64,000 nucleotides of DNA from an uncultured cyanobacterium (GCA_963744145.1 CAVUSO010000001.1:7392001-7456000); one strand, 5' to 3'. Shown: positions 10,646 to 20,535, numbered from the stretch's first letter. The notes: a model not told the origin generated them from the letters alone. Numbers and translations are program-made.

Positions 10646-13039
10646 ATGAATCCTACCATACCTGGTTTATATGTTCAGTCTACCACTAGCAAACAGCTAG
10701 TATTTCCCCTCAAGCATACAGAAGTCCTAGCAAAAATTGCGGGAAATATATCACGAGTTGAAGTTACCCAAAGTTTTGAAAATCCTTTTACTGAACCCCT
10801 AGAAGCAATTTATGTTTTTCCCTTACCTGATGAATCCGCTGTTGATCAGATGGAAATTAAAATTGGCGATCGCATCATTAAAGGTAATATCAAAAAACGG
10901 GAAGAAGCTAAACAAATTTATGAGCAAGCTAAACAAGAAGGACGTACTGCTGGATTATTAGAACAAGAACGAGATAATATTTTTACTCAATCCTTGGCTA
11001 ATATTAGACCTGGAGAACAAATTGATGTCACAATTCGCTACACGGAGAGTCTCAAATTTAGTGGTGGTGACTATGAATTTGTCTTTCCGATGGTAGTCGG
11101 ACCGCGTTATATTCCTGGTACAGCCATTGATGATAGTGGTGATACAGATATTGTTCCCGATGCTAGTCGCATTAATCCTCCAATTATTCCACCAAAAACC
11201 CGCTCAAAACATGATATTGGAGTTACGATCGAAATTGCAGCTGGTGTCCCAGTCAAAAATGTGCAATCCCCATCCCATCAATTACAAATTGATTGTGCAG
11301 AATCACTGATCAGAGTTAAACTGGGTGGAGAAGATACTATCCCTAATAAGGATTTAATCTTACGTTATCAAGTTGCTGGTGATCATACTCAAGCAACAGT
11401 ATTAACTCAAACTGATGAACGGGGAGGACATTTTGCGATCTATCTGATTCCTGCGATCGCATATAAAACCCAAGAGATTGTTGCCAAAGATGTGGTATTT
11501 TTGATGGATACATCTGGTTCTCAAGCTGGTGATCCGTTAAGGAAATGTCAAGAATTAATGCGTCGTTTTATTAATGGATTAAATCCGGATGATACCTTTA
11601 CCATTATTGATTTTTCTAGTACCACTCGTCAACTCTCATCTCATCCATTACCCAATACCCAGAAAAATCGTCAAAAAGCGATCGCATATATTAATAAACT
11701 CCAAGCTAATGGTGGAACAGCATTACTCAACGGAATCAAAGCAGTATTAAATTTTCCCACAGCACCAGCAGGACGGTTACGGAGTATAGTGTTATTAACT
11801 GATGGTTATATTGGTAATGATAATGAAATTTTAGCTGAAGTTCAAAGACATCTCAAATCAGGAAATCGTCTCTATAGTTTTGGTGCTGGTAGTTCAGTTA
11901 ATCGTTTTTTACTCAATCGTCTGGGAGAAATAGGAAGAGGAACTTGTCACATTATTCCACAAGATGAAGGAACAGAAGAAGTCGCAGAAAAGTTTTTCCG
12001 GGAAATTAATAATCCCGTTTTGACAAATATCGATATCAACTGGGAAAGTGAGGGAGAAACTCCAGAAATTTATCCAGAAATCACCCCAGATTTGTTTGCT
12101 GAACAACCTTTGGTTTTATTTGGACGTAAACGCGATCGCACATCTGGTAAATTACATATTACGGGAATAGCAGCGGGTGGACATAGTTATCACCAGGTAT
12201 TTGAACTTAACTTTTCCGATGGGGGAAATCTAGCGATCGCACAACTTTGGGGTCGATCGCGAATTAAGGATTTAATGAACCAAATGTTTAGTGGGGAGAA
12301 AAAATCCCTAGTTGATGCTGTAGTAGACACAGCATTAACTTATCAATTATTATCTGAATATACAGCCTTTGTCGCAGTTAGTGAAGAAGTCCGAGTTGAT
12401 CCAGAAGGTAATAAAATATCTGTCCAAGTACCTGTAGAAATACCCGAAGGTGTGAGTTATGAAGGGATATTTGGTGAGAGTGATCTAGAAAGAATAGCTC
12501 CTGGTGGACAAGTATTAAGGAGAGTATCAGCACCCTCCGGTCAAAGTCTATCTTCACTACGTCCTAGAAGTGCTAGTCCACTCCCTACTGATAACTTTAA
12601 TAATCTGATCACCAATATAAGTGCAAAAATCCGAGGTATAACTTTCCCATCTTCCTCGGAAACTATTGAAGAATGGAAACAAAACCTAGTTTATCAGTCT
12701 ACTGGTGCTAGAGAAGAAATGGAAATGGAAGCTGCTGCTGATGAAATTCAAGCAAACCTAAAAATAGCAATTATTAGTGTCACCGGATTAGATGAAGCCA
12801 CAAAAAATACTCTACAACAATATTTGCAAAGTGTCAATATTCCGAAGGGGTTCAGTGGTGAAATAGTTTTAGAATTTCCAGTCAAACAAGGTCGGGTAGG
12901 TCGAATTATTTTGGATGATCAAACATCGACTTTAGATGCTCCGGAAGTAGTTGAACCGATTAAGCGATCGCTAGTTACCTGGAAATTCCCCGAAGCGATC
13001 GACGATACTATCCGACTGACCTTAAAAATTAACCCGTGA
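10646..13039 (+). CDS. VIT + vWA domain protein with a C-terminal after-VIT domain
   Basis: N-terminal VIT (PLKHTEV...EAIYVFPLP); MIDAS motif DTSGS and LLTDG. Confidence 0.9.
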   Translation: MNPTIPGLYVQSTTSKQLVFPLKHTEVLAKIAGNISRVEVTQSFENPFTEPLEAIYVFPLPDESAVDQMEIKIGDRIIKGNIKKREEAKQIYEQAKQEGRTAGLLEQERDNIFTQSLANIRPGEQIDVTIRYTESLKFSGGDYEFVFPMVVGPRYIPGTAIDDSGDTDIVPDASRINPPIIPPKTRSKHDIGVTIEIAAGVPVKNVQSPSHQLQIDCAESLIRVKLGGEDTIPNKDLILRYQVAGDHTQATVLTQTDERGGHFAIYLIPAIAYKTQEIVAKDVVFLMDTSGSQAGDPLRKCQELMRRFINGLNPDDTFTIIDFSSTTRQLSSHPLPNTQKNRQKAIAYINKLQANGGTALLNGIKAVLNFPTAPAGRLRSIVLLTDGYIGNDNEILAEVQRHLKSGNRLYSFGAGSSVNRFLLNRLGEIGRGTCHIIPQDEGTEEVAEKFFREINNPVLTNIDINWESEGETPEIYPEITPDLFAEQPLVLFGRKRDRTSGKLHITGIAAGGHSYHQVFELNFSDGGNLAIAQLWGRSRIKDLMNQMFSGEKKSLVDAVVDTALTYQLLSEYTAFVAVSEEVRVDPEGNKISVQVPVEIPEGVSYEGIFGESDLERIAPGGQVLRRVSAPSGQSLSSLRPRSASPLPTDNFNNLITNISAKIRGITFPSSSETIEEWKQNLVYQSTGAREEMEMEAAADEIQANLKIAIISVTGLDEATKNTLQQYLQSVNIPKGFSGEIVLEFPVKQGRVGRIILDDQTSTLDAPEVVEPIKRSLVTWKFPEAIDDTIRLTLKINP

Positions 13040-13050
13040 AAAAACAGTAG

Positions 13051-13264
13051 ATTTTTTGGGGGGCTCGGCGCAGCAGAAGAAGAAGGGCAAAGCATTCGGA
13101 TCTAATATTGCTGCCCTTCGACTACGCTCAGGGTAAAGTTTGATTGTTCAATTGTCGCCCGAATGCTATGCCTCCGGCACGCTGTCGCGAACGCCCCTAC
13201 ATCCTATTGATCTGCTAGCGATCGCTGATTAAATCCCAACAGATCTCGGCGCAGAAGAAGGGCC
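13051..13264 (-). repeat. Dispersed, inverted half-unit of the 58-62 kb array (A hairpin + HIP1 linker) with a 24-nt insert (13114-13137) and an SDR5-like insert (13170-13191)
   Basis: The reverse complement matches the array from TTTAATCAGCGATCGC to CCCCAAAAAAT; fragments of a second unit follow at 13236-13264. Confidence 0.88.
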
Positions 13265-13323
13265 ATACAAGTACGGATGAGGAATTGTTATATTAACCAA
13301 AAAGTCTTGAGAGAGTAATTACC

Positions 13324-13572
13324 ATGTGTATTTGCATCAACTGTCATTACGTCGATCGGTGCATTACCTATAATGCCGTAGAAACCCAACATCAACAACC
13401 TCATCTCACGGAAACACCGGATTTTGATCCGATCGAACCAAGTATTAATGTCAATATCCGCTCCCGAGGGGAAGAAATTGAAATGGAATGGGATGTGGTT
13501 GGATGTCTGAGCTTTCAAGAGGAAATGGGTAAATGGGTCCGGTTACGACCGGGTGAGCTAGTTCCCACCTGA
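13324..13572 (+). CDS. ycf34: Ycf34 family protein
   Basis: MCICINCHYVDRC and EWDVVGC motifs. Confidence 0.93.
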   Translation: MCICINCHYVDRCITYNAVETQHQQPHLTETPDFDPIEPSINVNIRSRGEEIEMEWDVVGCLSFQEEMGKWVRLRPGELVPT

Positions 13573-13638
13573 ATCAGTAAGGGGAGAATATGTTAATCTG
13601 CAATATTTCCATATTCTCCCCCAATATTACCAAAATAT

Positions 13639-14289
13639 ATGTCTGTTGTCCAAAAATATGCCCTGGCACTACACACTAGCAGTCCAGAATTAGGTCTAGC
13701 AATTAGTAATTTTACAGATGATCGCCGTTGTCAAACTTGGGACTTAGGTCGAGAGCTATCGAGTTTAATCCATCAGTATTTAGTGGAATTTATTCAACCC
13801 CAAACTTGGACAGATTTAGCCTTTATTGCTGTAGCCAAAGGACCAGGAAGTTTTACTGGTACTCGGATTGGTATGGTTATAGCACGAACTTTAGCACAAC
13901 AGTTGCAAATTCCCTTATTTGCTATTTCTACTTTAGCTGCTGTTGCCTGGTCTAGGCGATCGACGCTGGAAAATCCCACCTCGATCGCTGTCCAAATGAC
14001 TGCGGCTCGTGGTCAAATCTTTACAGGTATCTATGAAATTAATTCTAGTAGCAATACTTGCATAGAATTACAACCAGATACAGTCATGCAGCCCGACACC
14101 TGGCACCAAACTCTCAATCATTGGCCCACTGCCCATCAATTAATTTCAGCCGAAGGAAATTTAGGTTATACCGCAATTAATTTATTAGAACTAGCTGCTC
14201 TAGATTGGGCACAAGGTCACCAGCCCCATTGGTCAACAGCACTACCATTTTACGGTCAACACCCGATCGAAGACAAGACTACCAGCTAG
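13639..14289 (+). CDS. tsaB: tRNA threonylcarbamoyladenosine biosynthesis protein TsaB
   Basis: ALHTS and GPGSFTGTRIG motifs. Confidence 0.92.
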   Translation: MSVVQKYALALHTSSPELGLAISNFTDDRRCQTWDLGRELSSLIHQYLVEFIQPQTWTDLAFIAVAKGPGSFTGTRIGMVIARTLAQQLQIPLFAISTLAAVAWSRRSTLENPTSIAVQMTAARGQIFTGIYEINSSSNTCIELQPDTVMQPDTWHQTLNHWPTAHQLISAEGNLGYTAINLLELAALDWAQGHQPHWSTALPFYGQHPIEDKTTS

Positions 14290-14373
14290 TTATTAACCAA
14301 ATTTTTTGATTGAATGATCCAAATATTTGTACAATAAGACACAAAGATTCTCAGCAAATTTTGGAGAGAAACG

Positions 14374-14682
14374 ATGTCGCGTGCAGTTGGGATGGTAGAA
14401 GTAATCGGTTATCCTTCAGTATTACAAGTGTCGGACACAATGGTGAAAGCTGCTCGTGTTACACTCGTTCACTGTGAAAAAATCACCAGAGGATACTGGA
14501 CGGTCATAGTCAGAGGAGACGTTTCTGAAGTCCAAGCAGCAGTAGCTGCTGGGATTGACTCGGTGAAAAAAGTTGATGGTGGACAATTAGTTTCCTATCA
14601 TATCATTGCCCGTCCCCATGAAAACCTCGAATATGTTCTACCGATCGGTTATCCTCCTAGTGTAGACCAATTTCGATTCTAG
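14374..14682 (+). CDS. ccmK: Carboxysome shell BMC-H protein, divergent stand-alone CcmK paralog
   Basis: [21 protein letters not shown] and [15 protein letters not shown] motifs. Confidence 0.88.
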   Translation: MSRAVGMVEVIGYPSVLQVSDTMVKAARVTLVHCEKITRGYWTVIVRGDVSEVQAAVAAGIDSVKKVDGGQLVSYHIIARPHENLEYVLPIGYPPSVDQFRF

Positions 14683-14801
14683 GTTTTTTTGATCGTTATC
14701 GTGCGATCGCGCTCATTCTGAGAAAATAAAATATCACATCAAGATCAATGAGACGTTCTCACCGAACGTCTCTACTAAAAATAATATCTCAATTAAATTT
14801 G

Positions 14802-15122
14802 ATGACTGTTACCATCAATGCTAGTCTACATCCCATCGTTCTTGGTTTTCATGCCCTTTCTGATCCAATCCGAATCCAGATATTGGAACTGCTCCGCTCT
14901 CAAGAATTGTGTGTCTGTGAACTGTGCGATCGCTTAGAAATCAATCAGTCTAAACTATCATTCCACCTCAAAACCTTAAAAGAAGCAGGTTTAGTCCATG
15001 GTCGTCAAGAAGGACGTTGGGTCTACTACCGTCTCAATTTATCCCAGTTTGTTGTCTTAGAACAATACCTAACAGAGTATCGTCGTTTTAGTGAAATCTT
15101 ACCAGCTCGTTCTTGTCCTTAG
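14802..15122 (+). CDS. arsR: ArsR/SmtB family repressor
   Basis: ELCVCEL metal site and HTH (QSKLSFHLKTL); likely ATG at 14802. Confidence 0.9.
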   Translation: MTVTINASLHPIVLGFHALSDPIRIQILELLRSQELCVCELCDRLEINQSKLSFHLKTLKEAGLVHGRQEGRWVYYRLNLSQFVVLEQYLTEYRRFSEILPARSCP

Positions 15123-15174
15123 TTGTGCCCAGAGTGTCCTCTCCTATCCCCTCATCACCAGACAACTAGAAAAG

Positions 15175-15304
15175 CAATAGACTTCTTGCAAAAATAACTA
15201 GGACAGGCAAGATGCCTGTCCCACAACCAAAAAAACTCTTGTGGGACAGGCATCTTGCCTGTCCAGTAAATTGATCAACATGACTTTTACTTTCTTGTCT
15301 AATA
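15175..15304 (+). repeat. Family C REP-doublet/MITE-like repeat
   Basis: CAATAGACTTCTTGCAAAAATAACTA, then inverted short hairpins GGACAGGCAAGATGCCTGTCCCAC ... GTGGGACAGGCATCTTGCCTGTCC, ending CTTGTCTAAT. Related copies at 16868, 23931 and 46932. Confidence 0.85.
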
Positions 15305-15306
15305 GC

Positions 15307-15356
15307 TTGACATATCAAATTTTTTTGATACGATACATATATCAAATTTTTTTGAT
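15307..15356 (+). promoter_or_regulatory. acr3-arsC promoter with two ArsR operators
   Basis: TTGACA (15307-15312), extended -10 TGaTACGAT (15326-15334), and two ATCAA-N6-TTGAT palindromes (15314-15329, 15341-15356) resembling the Synechocystis ArsR site. Confidence 0.8.
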
Positions 15357-15381
15357 ATGATAATCTGGATTCAAACAGAAA

Positions 15382-16455
15382 ATGGACATAAATATAAAAA
15401 CCAGAGCCAAACAGCTTTCTGTACTTGACCGATTTCTGACCTTGTGGATTTTTTTAGCAATGATCGGAGGAATAGGTTTAAGCTATTTTCTTCCGGGAGT
15501 CGAAGGATTGCTCAACCAATTTCAAGTGGGAACAACAAACCTAGCGATCGCGATCGGTTTAATTTTGATGATGTATCCACCTTTAGCTAAAGTGCGCTAT
15601 GAAGAATTAGGGGATGTATTTCGGAACGGCAAAATTCTGGGTCTGTCCTTACTTCAGAACTGGGTGATTGGTCCAGTATTAATGTTTGCGCTTGCCATTA
15701 TCTTTCTGCATGATTATCCAGAATATATGGCAGGATTAATTATGATGGGATTAGCCCGTTGTATCGCCATGGTAATTGTTTGGAATGAATTAGCCAAAGG
15801 GGATACAGAATACACAGCGGGACTGGTAGCATTTAACAGTATTTTTCAAATTCTTTTCTATAGCGTTTATGCTTGGTTTTTTCTGACTATTTTGCCACCC
15901 CTATTTGGGTTTAAAGGTAGTATAGTTGAGATTGGCATTGGGGAAATTGCTCAAAGTGTTTTTATCTATTTAGGAATTCCCTTTCTAGCTGGATTTATTA
16001 CTCGTGTGGTTTTAATTAAAGCCAAAGGTAGGAAGTGGTATCACCAGGAATTTATTCCTAAAATCAGTCCTATTACCTTGATGGCATTACTATTTACTAT
16101 AGTAGTGATGTTTAGTTTAAAAGGTAGTCTGATTCTCCAAATTCCCATGGACGTGATTCGCATTGCAATTCCTTTATTGATTTACTTTGTCATGATGTTT
16201 TTGATTAGTTTTTATCTAGCATGGAGGATGAAGACAGACTATGAAAAAGCAGCGAGTTTAGCATTTACCGCAGCTAGCAATAACTTTGAGTTAGCGATCG
16301 CGGTGGCGATCGCTGTATTTGGCATTAAATCAGGGCAAGCTTTTGCAGCGGTAATTGGACCATTAGTGGAAGTTCCAGTATTAATTAGTCTAGTTAACGT
16401 AGCATTTTGGTTGCGGAAACTTTTTTTTCAGACTGCGGAAACAAAAACTTTGTAA
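15382..16455 (+). CDS. acr3: ACR3-family arsenite efflux transporter
   Basis: [27 protein letters not shown] and GPLVEVPV motifs. Confidence 0.95.
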   Translation: MDINIKTRAKQLSVLDRFLTLWIFLAMIGGIGLSYFLPGVEGLLNQFQVGTTNLAIAIGLILMMYPPLAKVRYEELGDVFRNGKILGLSLLQNWVIGPVLMFALAIIFLHDYPEYMAGLIMMGLARCIAMVIVWNELAKGDTEYTAGLVAFNSIFQILFYSVYAWFFLTILPPLFGFKGSIVEIGIGEIAQSVFIYLGIPFLAGFITRVVLIKAKGRKWYHQEFIPKISPITLMALLFTIVVMFSLKGSLILQIPMDVIRIAIPLLIYFVMMFLISFYLAWRMKTDYEKAASLAFTAASNNFELAIAVAIAVFGIKSGQAFAAVIGPLVEVPVLISLVNVAFWLRKLFFQTAETKTL

Positions 16456-16485
16456 TCAAATAATTTTTTAACCCAAATTGTAGTC

Positions 16486-16890
16486 ATGAAAAGAATCATG
16501 TTTGTGTGTAAAAAAAATTCTGCTCGTTCCCAAATAGCAGAAGGCTTTGCTAAAGTAATTGGTCAAGGACAAATCGAAGTAACTAGCTCTGGATTAGAAG
16601 CTAGTCAAGTAAATCCTGGTGCAATTGATACGATGAAAGAAATTGGAATTGATATTAGTGATCAAACCTCCAAAGCTCTTAACAATTTTCATCCAGAAGA
16701 TTTTGATGTGGTGATTTCTTTGTGTGGATGCGGTGTGAATTTACCACCAGAATGGGTAGTACGGGAGGTATTTGAAGACTGGCAATTAGATGATCCCGCA
16801 GAGCAACCAGAAATATTTCCGAAAATCCGTGATGAAATTAAGAATCGGGTAACTCAATTGATAGCTTCAATAGACTTCTTGCAAAAATAA
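16486..16890 (+). CDS. arsC: Arsenate reductase (cyanobacterial LMW-PTP-fold type)
   Basis: VCKKNSARSQ and SLCGCG motifs; the last codons and the stop come from the family C repeat. Confidence 0.9.
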   Translation: MKRIMFVCKKNSARSQIAEGFAKVIGQGQIEVTSSGLEASQVNPGAIDTMKEIGIDISDQTSKALNNFHPEDFDVVISLCGCGVNLPPEWVVREVFEDWQLDDPAEQPEIFPKIRDEIKNRVTQLIASIDFLQK

Positions 16891-17080
16891 CTAAGACAGT
16901 CAAGATGACTGTCCCACAAATGCAAAAATAACTAAGACAGTCAAGATGACTGTCCCACAAATGCAAAAATAACTAAGACAGTCAAGATGACTGTCCCACA
17001 AAAGTCATTTTTCCTAGTGGAACGGATATCTTGTCTGTTCTATAAATTACCCAAAAGGACTTTTACTTGCTTGTCTAATT
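16868..17080 (+). repeat. Family C repeat with an internal 41-bp unit triplicated (16880-17002)
   Basis: TGCAAAAATAACTAAGACAGTCAAGATGACTGTCCCACAAA x3, starting at 16880, 16921 and 16962; ends CTTGTCTAAT as in the 15175 copy. Confidence 0.9.
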
Positions 17081-17082
17081 AT

Positions 17083-17820
17083 TTAATCTGGCAAATCAGG
17101 ATCAATTCCCAATTCACGCAACTTAGCAGCCAATCTTTCAGATTTTTGGCGTTCTTGCTGAACAAGTTCTGCACTCCACAGGAGCAAATTACCTGACTTA
17201 TCCCACCAGCGTAGCCAATTCATTCTTTGTTGCAACCGTTCCCCTTGCCAAATTCCTAGATATAGTTCTAGTTCTGGAACCCACAACCGCTCCTGAGCCC
17301 TAGCTGAGTTGAAATCGCAGCTTCCATTTTCCCAAGTCCACACATGGAGAATAACTGCATAAGGGTCATAAGTGATGTATGTAGACACTTGGAGAACTTC
17401 TTTGTAGAAGTATAATTTGCCGTAGGGAGGAAATGATCTGAGGGATAATTCTCCTGCATCTGATTTAGTGAGAAACTCCATTACAACTGCCACACCTGCA
17501 CCATCAAGATTAGGGGTATAACTGCGGCGAATCTTCCCTTCTGGTAGAGGATTTACTTGAGGCACATAAAACCAATCTGGAGCTTTGATGACAATTTGTT
17601 CATCGATAGTTGCAACTAGCGCCAAATTAGAGCCAATGAGCATTTCTGGTTGGATATATTCTGCGGCTCCTAGTGCATCAGTGAGAGCAGCTGCCAGAGC
17701 AGGTTGTTGAATATTTTCGATCGCATCATCAGGGAAGATAAAGTCAGCTGGTAGGGGTTCCCAGCTAATGGTTGGTTTGTCTTGAATATTCTGGGTATCT
17801 ATAACCATTGTATTAGCCAT
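17083..17820 (-). CDS. Uma2 family endonuclease-fold protein
   Basis: IKAPDWFYVP, VMEFL and WLRWWD motifs. Start near 17820 or 17808 by comparison with the paralog; the track ORF extends to 17898. Confidence 0.85.
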   Translation of the reverse strand: MANTMVIDTQNIQDKPTISWEPLPADFIFPDDAIENIQQPALAAALTDALGAAEYIQPEMLIGSNLALVATIDEQIVIKAPDWFYVPQVNPLPEGKIRRSYTPNLDGAGVAVVMEFLTKSDAGELSLRSFPPYGKLYFYKEVLQVSTYITYDPYAVILHVWTWENGSCDFNSARAQERLWVPELELYLGIWQGERLQQRMNWLRWWDKSGNLLLWSAELVQQERQKSERLAAKLRELGIDPDLPD

Positions 17821-17915
17821 CAACCACAAATATTTGTCCAGATTTTTTAGATTAACTTTGCTGTAACGATTTCCCAAGTGGTAATCGCAGCTATCCACTA
17901 AACACTATCAACTGT

Positions 17916-18698
17916 TCACTCTAGTAAATCAGGATCAATTCCTAATTCACGCAACTTAGCAGCCAATCTTTCAGCTTTTTGACGTTCTTGTTCAGCTTTT
18001 TGACGTTCTTGTTCAGCTTTTTGACGTTCTTGTTCAGCTTGTTCTGCACTCCACAGCAACAGATTACCTGACTTATTCCACCAGCGCAACCAATTCATCC
18101 TTTGTTGCAACCTTTCCCCATGCCAAATTCCCAGATATAGTTCCAGTTCTGGAATCCACACCTGACCCTGAGCATTTACTGACTGGACAACGTATTTTCC
18201 ATATTCTAAATACCGCACTGCCAGAATAGTTTTGTAGGGGTCATAAGTGACGTATGTAGGTACTTGGAGAATCTGTTCATAGAAGTACATTTTGCCGTAG
18301 GGAGAACTTGCTCTCATTGATGATTCTCCTCCATCTTTGTGTGAGAGAAACTCCATTACAACTGCCACTCTTGCACCATGAAGATTAGGGGTATAACTAC
18401 GGCGAATGATCCCTGGTGCTAAAGGATGCACTTGAGGTACATAAAACCAATCTGGAGCTTTGATGACAAGTTCTTCATCGATAGTTGCAACTAGCCCGAA
18501 ATTAGAGCCAATTAGCATTTCTGACTTGATATATCCTGCGGCTCCCAGGGCATCAGTAAGAGACGCCGCCAAAGGAGGTTGTTGAATATTTTCCACGGGA
18601 TCGTCGGGTAATATGAAGTTATCTGGTAGAGGTTCCCAGTTGATGTTTGGTTTGACTTTAATATTCGGGGCTTCGAGAAGCATTGTATTAACCCTCAA
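17916..18698 (-). CDS. Uma2 family endonuclease-fold protein (tandem paralog) with (QERQKAE)x3 tail
   Basis: Same motifs as the neighbouring gene; 21-nt repeat TTCAGCTTTTTGACGTTCTTG x3 at 17970-18032. Confidence 0.88.
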   Translation of the reverse strand: MRVNTMLLEAPNIKVKPNINWEPLPDNFILPDDPVENIQQPPLAASLTDALGAAGYIKSEMLIGSNFGLVATIDEELVIKAPDWFYVPQVHPLAPGIIRRSYTPNLHGARVAVVMEFLSHKDGGESSMRASSPYGKMYFYEQILQVPTYVTYDPYKTILAVRYLEYGKYVVQSVNAQGQVWIPELELYLGIWHGERLQQRMNWLRWWNKSGNLLLWSAEQAEQERQKAEQERQKAEQERQKAERLAAKLRELGIDPDLLE

Positions 18699-18911
18699 GC
18701 AACAGTGTTTGTCTAGATTTATATTTCTTCTTGGCGATCGTGGGATAAATAACTTGTTTGGCTTAATTTTTAATTATGGCACAATACGGTTCAATTAACC
18801 GAACCATATTGATATTTATTTGTGTAGTAAAACCATGTTTTCGTCAAGCACTAAAACAGCGCAGCACTCGTCTAGTTGCCCGATCTACAGTTTCGCGATC
18901 GCCAAATTAGA

Positions 18912-19688
18912 CTACCCATTATTCCTGCGATCGCTTTTTATTTGAAAAGGATAAATAATTTGTCCTAGGTAATTAGTGGGTACAGGATCTAGAATTCCAT
19001 ATTCTTCAGGCATTTTTTGGGTGGGAAGATAAAGAGTACCAAATAGTAAATCTATGATTGGTAACTGGACAGCGAAATTTTTATTGATTATCGGTGGATT
19101 TTTAGTATGATGCCAGTGATGAAATTCTGGAGTAGCAATTACCCATTTGCAGATGCCCATTTTTAGGCTAATATTAGCATGAATATAAAACGCTATCCCT
19201 GCGGAAAAAATAACATAGCTAACTATCATTGCTGGATTAAATCCTAACAAGGACAATGGGAAAAATTGAAAAATTTTTGTCAATAATTGATCGCAGGGAT
19301 GTACTCTCACAGTAGCTAACCAGTCCATCTGTTTAATGCTATGATGAACTGCATGGAATTTCCATAACCAGGGAACTGTATGTAAGAGTCGATGAGCAAT
19401 ATAATAACTAAGATCACCAATTACAACTGCTTCTAAAAACTGTAACCAAATTGGTTGATGACTAATGGAATTGTGCCATGATATATGGAATTGCTTGATT
19501 AGAAATAACGCGATCGCTAAACTAATTTTGATGCCCGCTTTACTAACAAAATGACCGAGAAAAAAATAAGTTACATCTGTTCCCCAATCAGCTCTTAATA
19601 TCTTTTGCTCTCGTAAAGCAAAGATTAGCTCTAAGGGAATAAAAATAATCGTCAGAACTAGGAATCCTTTGATAATTTCAGAAATCAT
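18912..19688 (-). CDS. Sterol desaturase / fatty acid hydroxylase family protein
   Basis: His boxes HRLLH, HAVHH, HAN and HHWHH. Confidence 0.9.
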   Translation of the reverse strand: MISEIIKGFLVLTIIFIPLELIFALREQKILRADWGTDVTYFFLGHFVSKAGIKISLAIALFLIKQFHISWHNSISHQPIWLQFLEAVVIGDLSYYIAHRLLHTVPWLWKFHAVHHSIKQMDWLATVRVHPCDQLLTKIFQFFPLSLLGFNPAMIVSYVIFSAGIAFYIHANISLKMGICKWVIATPEFHHWHHTKNPPIINKNFAVQLPIIDLLFGTLYLPTQKMPEEYGILDPVPTNYLGQIIYPFQIKSDRRNNG

Positions 19689-19696
19689 GAGCTAGA

Positions 19697-20386
19697 TTAA
19701 GTTCTTGATTGACTTTTACGTCGGATTTGAGTCAGCACACCTAATCCCATTAAACTGCCAATTATAGTCGCAGGTTCAGGTACAGCTTCACCAATCCGAA
19801 ACTCTCCGATCGCAAAACCACTTGCGTCTGGATCTGAGTTAATTTCAATTTCCGAAATTGTATCTGTGCCAGTTGTATAAAAACCAAAATATTTGGCACC
19901 AGCGAATCCATTGACTGACTGGGATAAAGATACTTGATCACCGTTACTGGCAAAAGCTGTAATCACAATATTATAGAAACTCTGCGTAGTGGGTTCTACA
20001 AATAAATCAAAAGCGCCGATCGCTGTAGGTAGGTTAATGATTTCATTATTCTGATTGAAAAGGTTGTAAATATCACCTGTATAGCCATGACTCCATGTGT
20101 ACCAAGTTGAACCAACGTAGCGTTTGGTCAGATCCGGAGAGAAAGTTATATTTCCTAATGGTGATGAAACTCCTGTTACTGTCGCTAGTTCCGGTACTGT
20201 TTGGTCATCTGCGACACTCAGCAGATTCAAACCTAAATTAGATAAGGTATTGTCTCCTCCTGATACCCAAGATCCCTGATCACCTACTGCTAAGATTGCG
20301 GCACTAGCACTAGAAATATGGGCAAGGAATATGCCCACAGCGATCGCTGGGATTGAGCCATTTTTACTGATTTGCATCTTGATCAC
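19697..20386 (-). CDS. PEP-CTERM sorting domain protein
   Basis: Signal peptide; C-terminal VPEP, TM segment and basic tail RRKSQSRT. Confidence 0.88.
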   Translation of the reverse strand: MIKMQISKNGSIPAIAVGIFLAHISSASAAILAVGDQGSWVSGGDNTLSNLGLNLLSVADDQTVPELATVTGVSSPLGNITFSPDLTKRYVGSTWYTWSHGYTGDIYNLFNQNNEIINLPTAIGAFDLFVEPTTQSFYNIVITAFASNGDQVSLSQSVNGFAGAKYFGFYTTGTDTISEIEINSDPDASGFAIGEFRIGEAVPEPATIIGSLMGLGVLTQIRRKSQSRT

Positions 20387-20535
20387 CTATAAATTCGATT
20401 TGTGCCTAGATTATAGGTCTTTGAGCAAAAATTCAGTATTTCTACGGTCAGAAGATATGGAAATCTTAATTAATATTAATATTTTTTTTTAAATTAAATC
20501 TTAACCAGACAATAACTATAGGAAATCGCCCAACT

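Noticed and set aside
16880..17002. Mini-CRISPR (41-bp palindromic repeats)
   Set aside because: The repeats are directly adjacent with no spacers and belong to dispersed family C.
16987..17196. 69-aa ORF on the plus strand
   Set aside because: It starts inside the family C repeat and runs antisense to a Uma2 gene.
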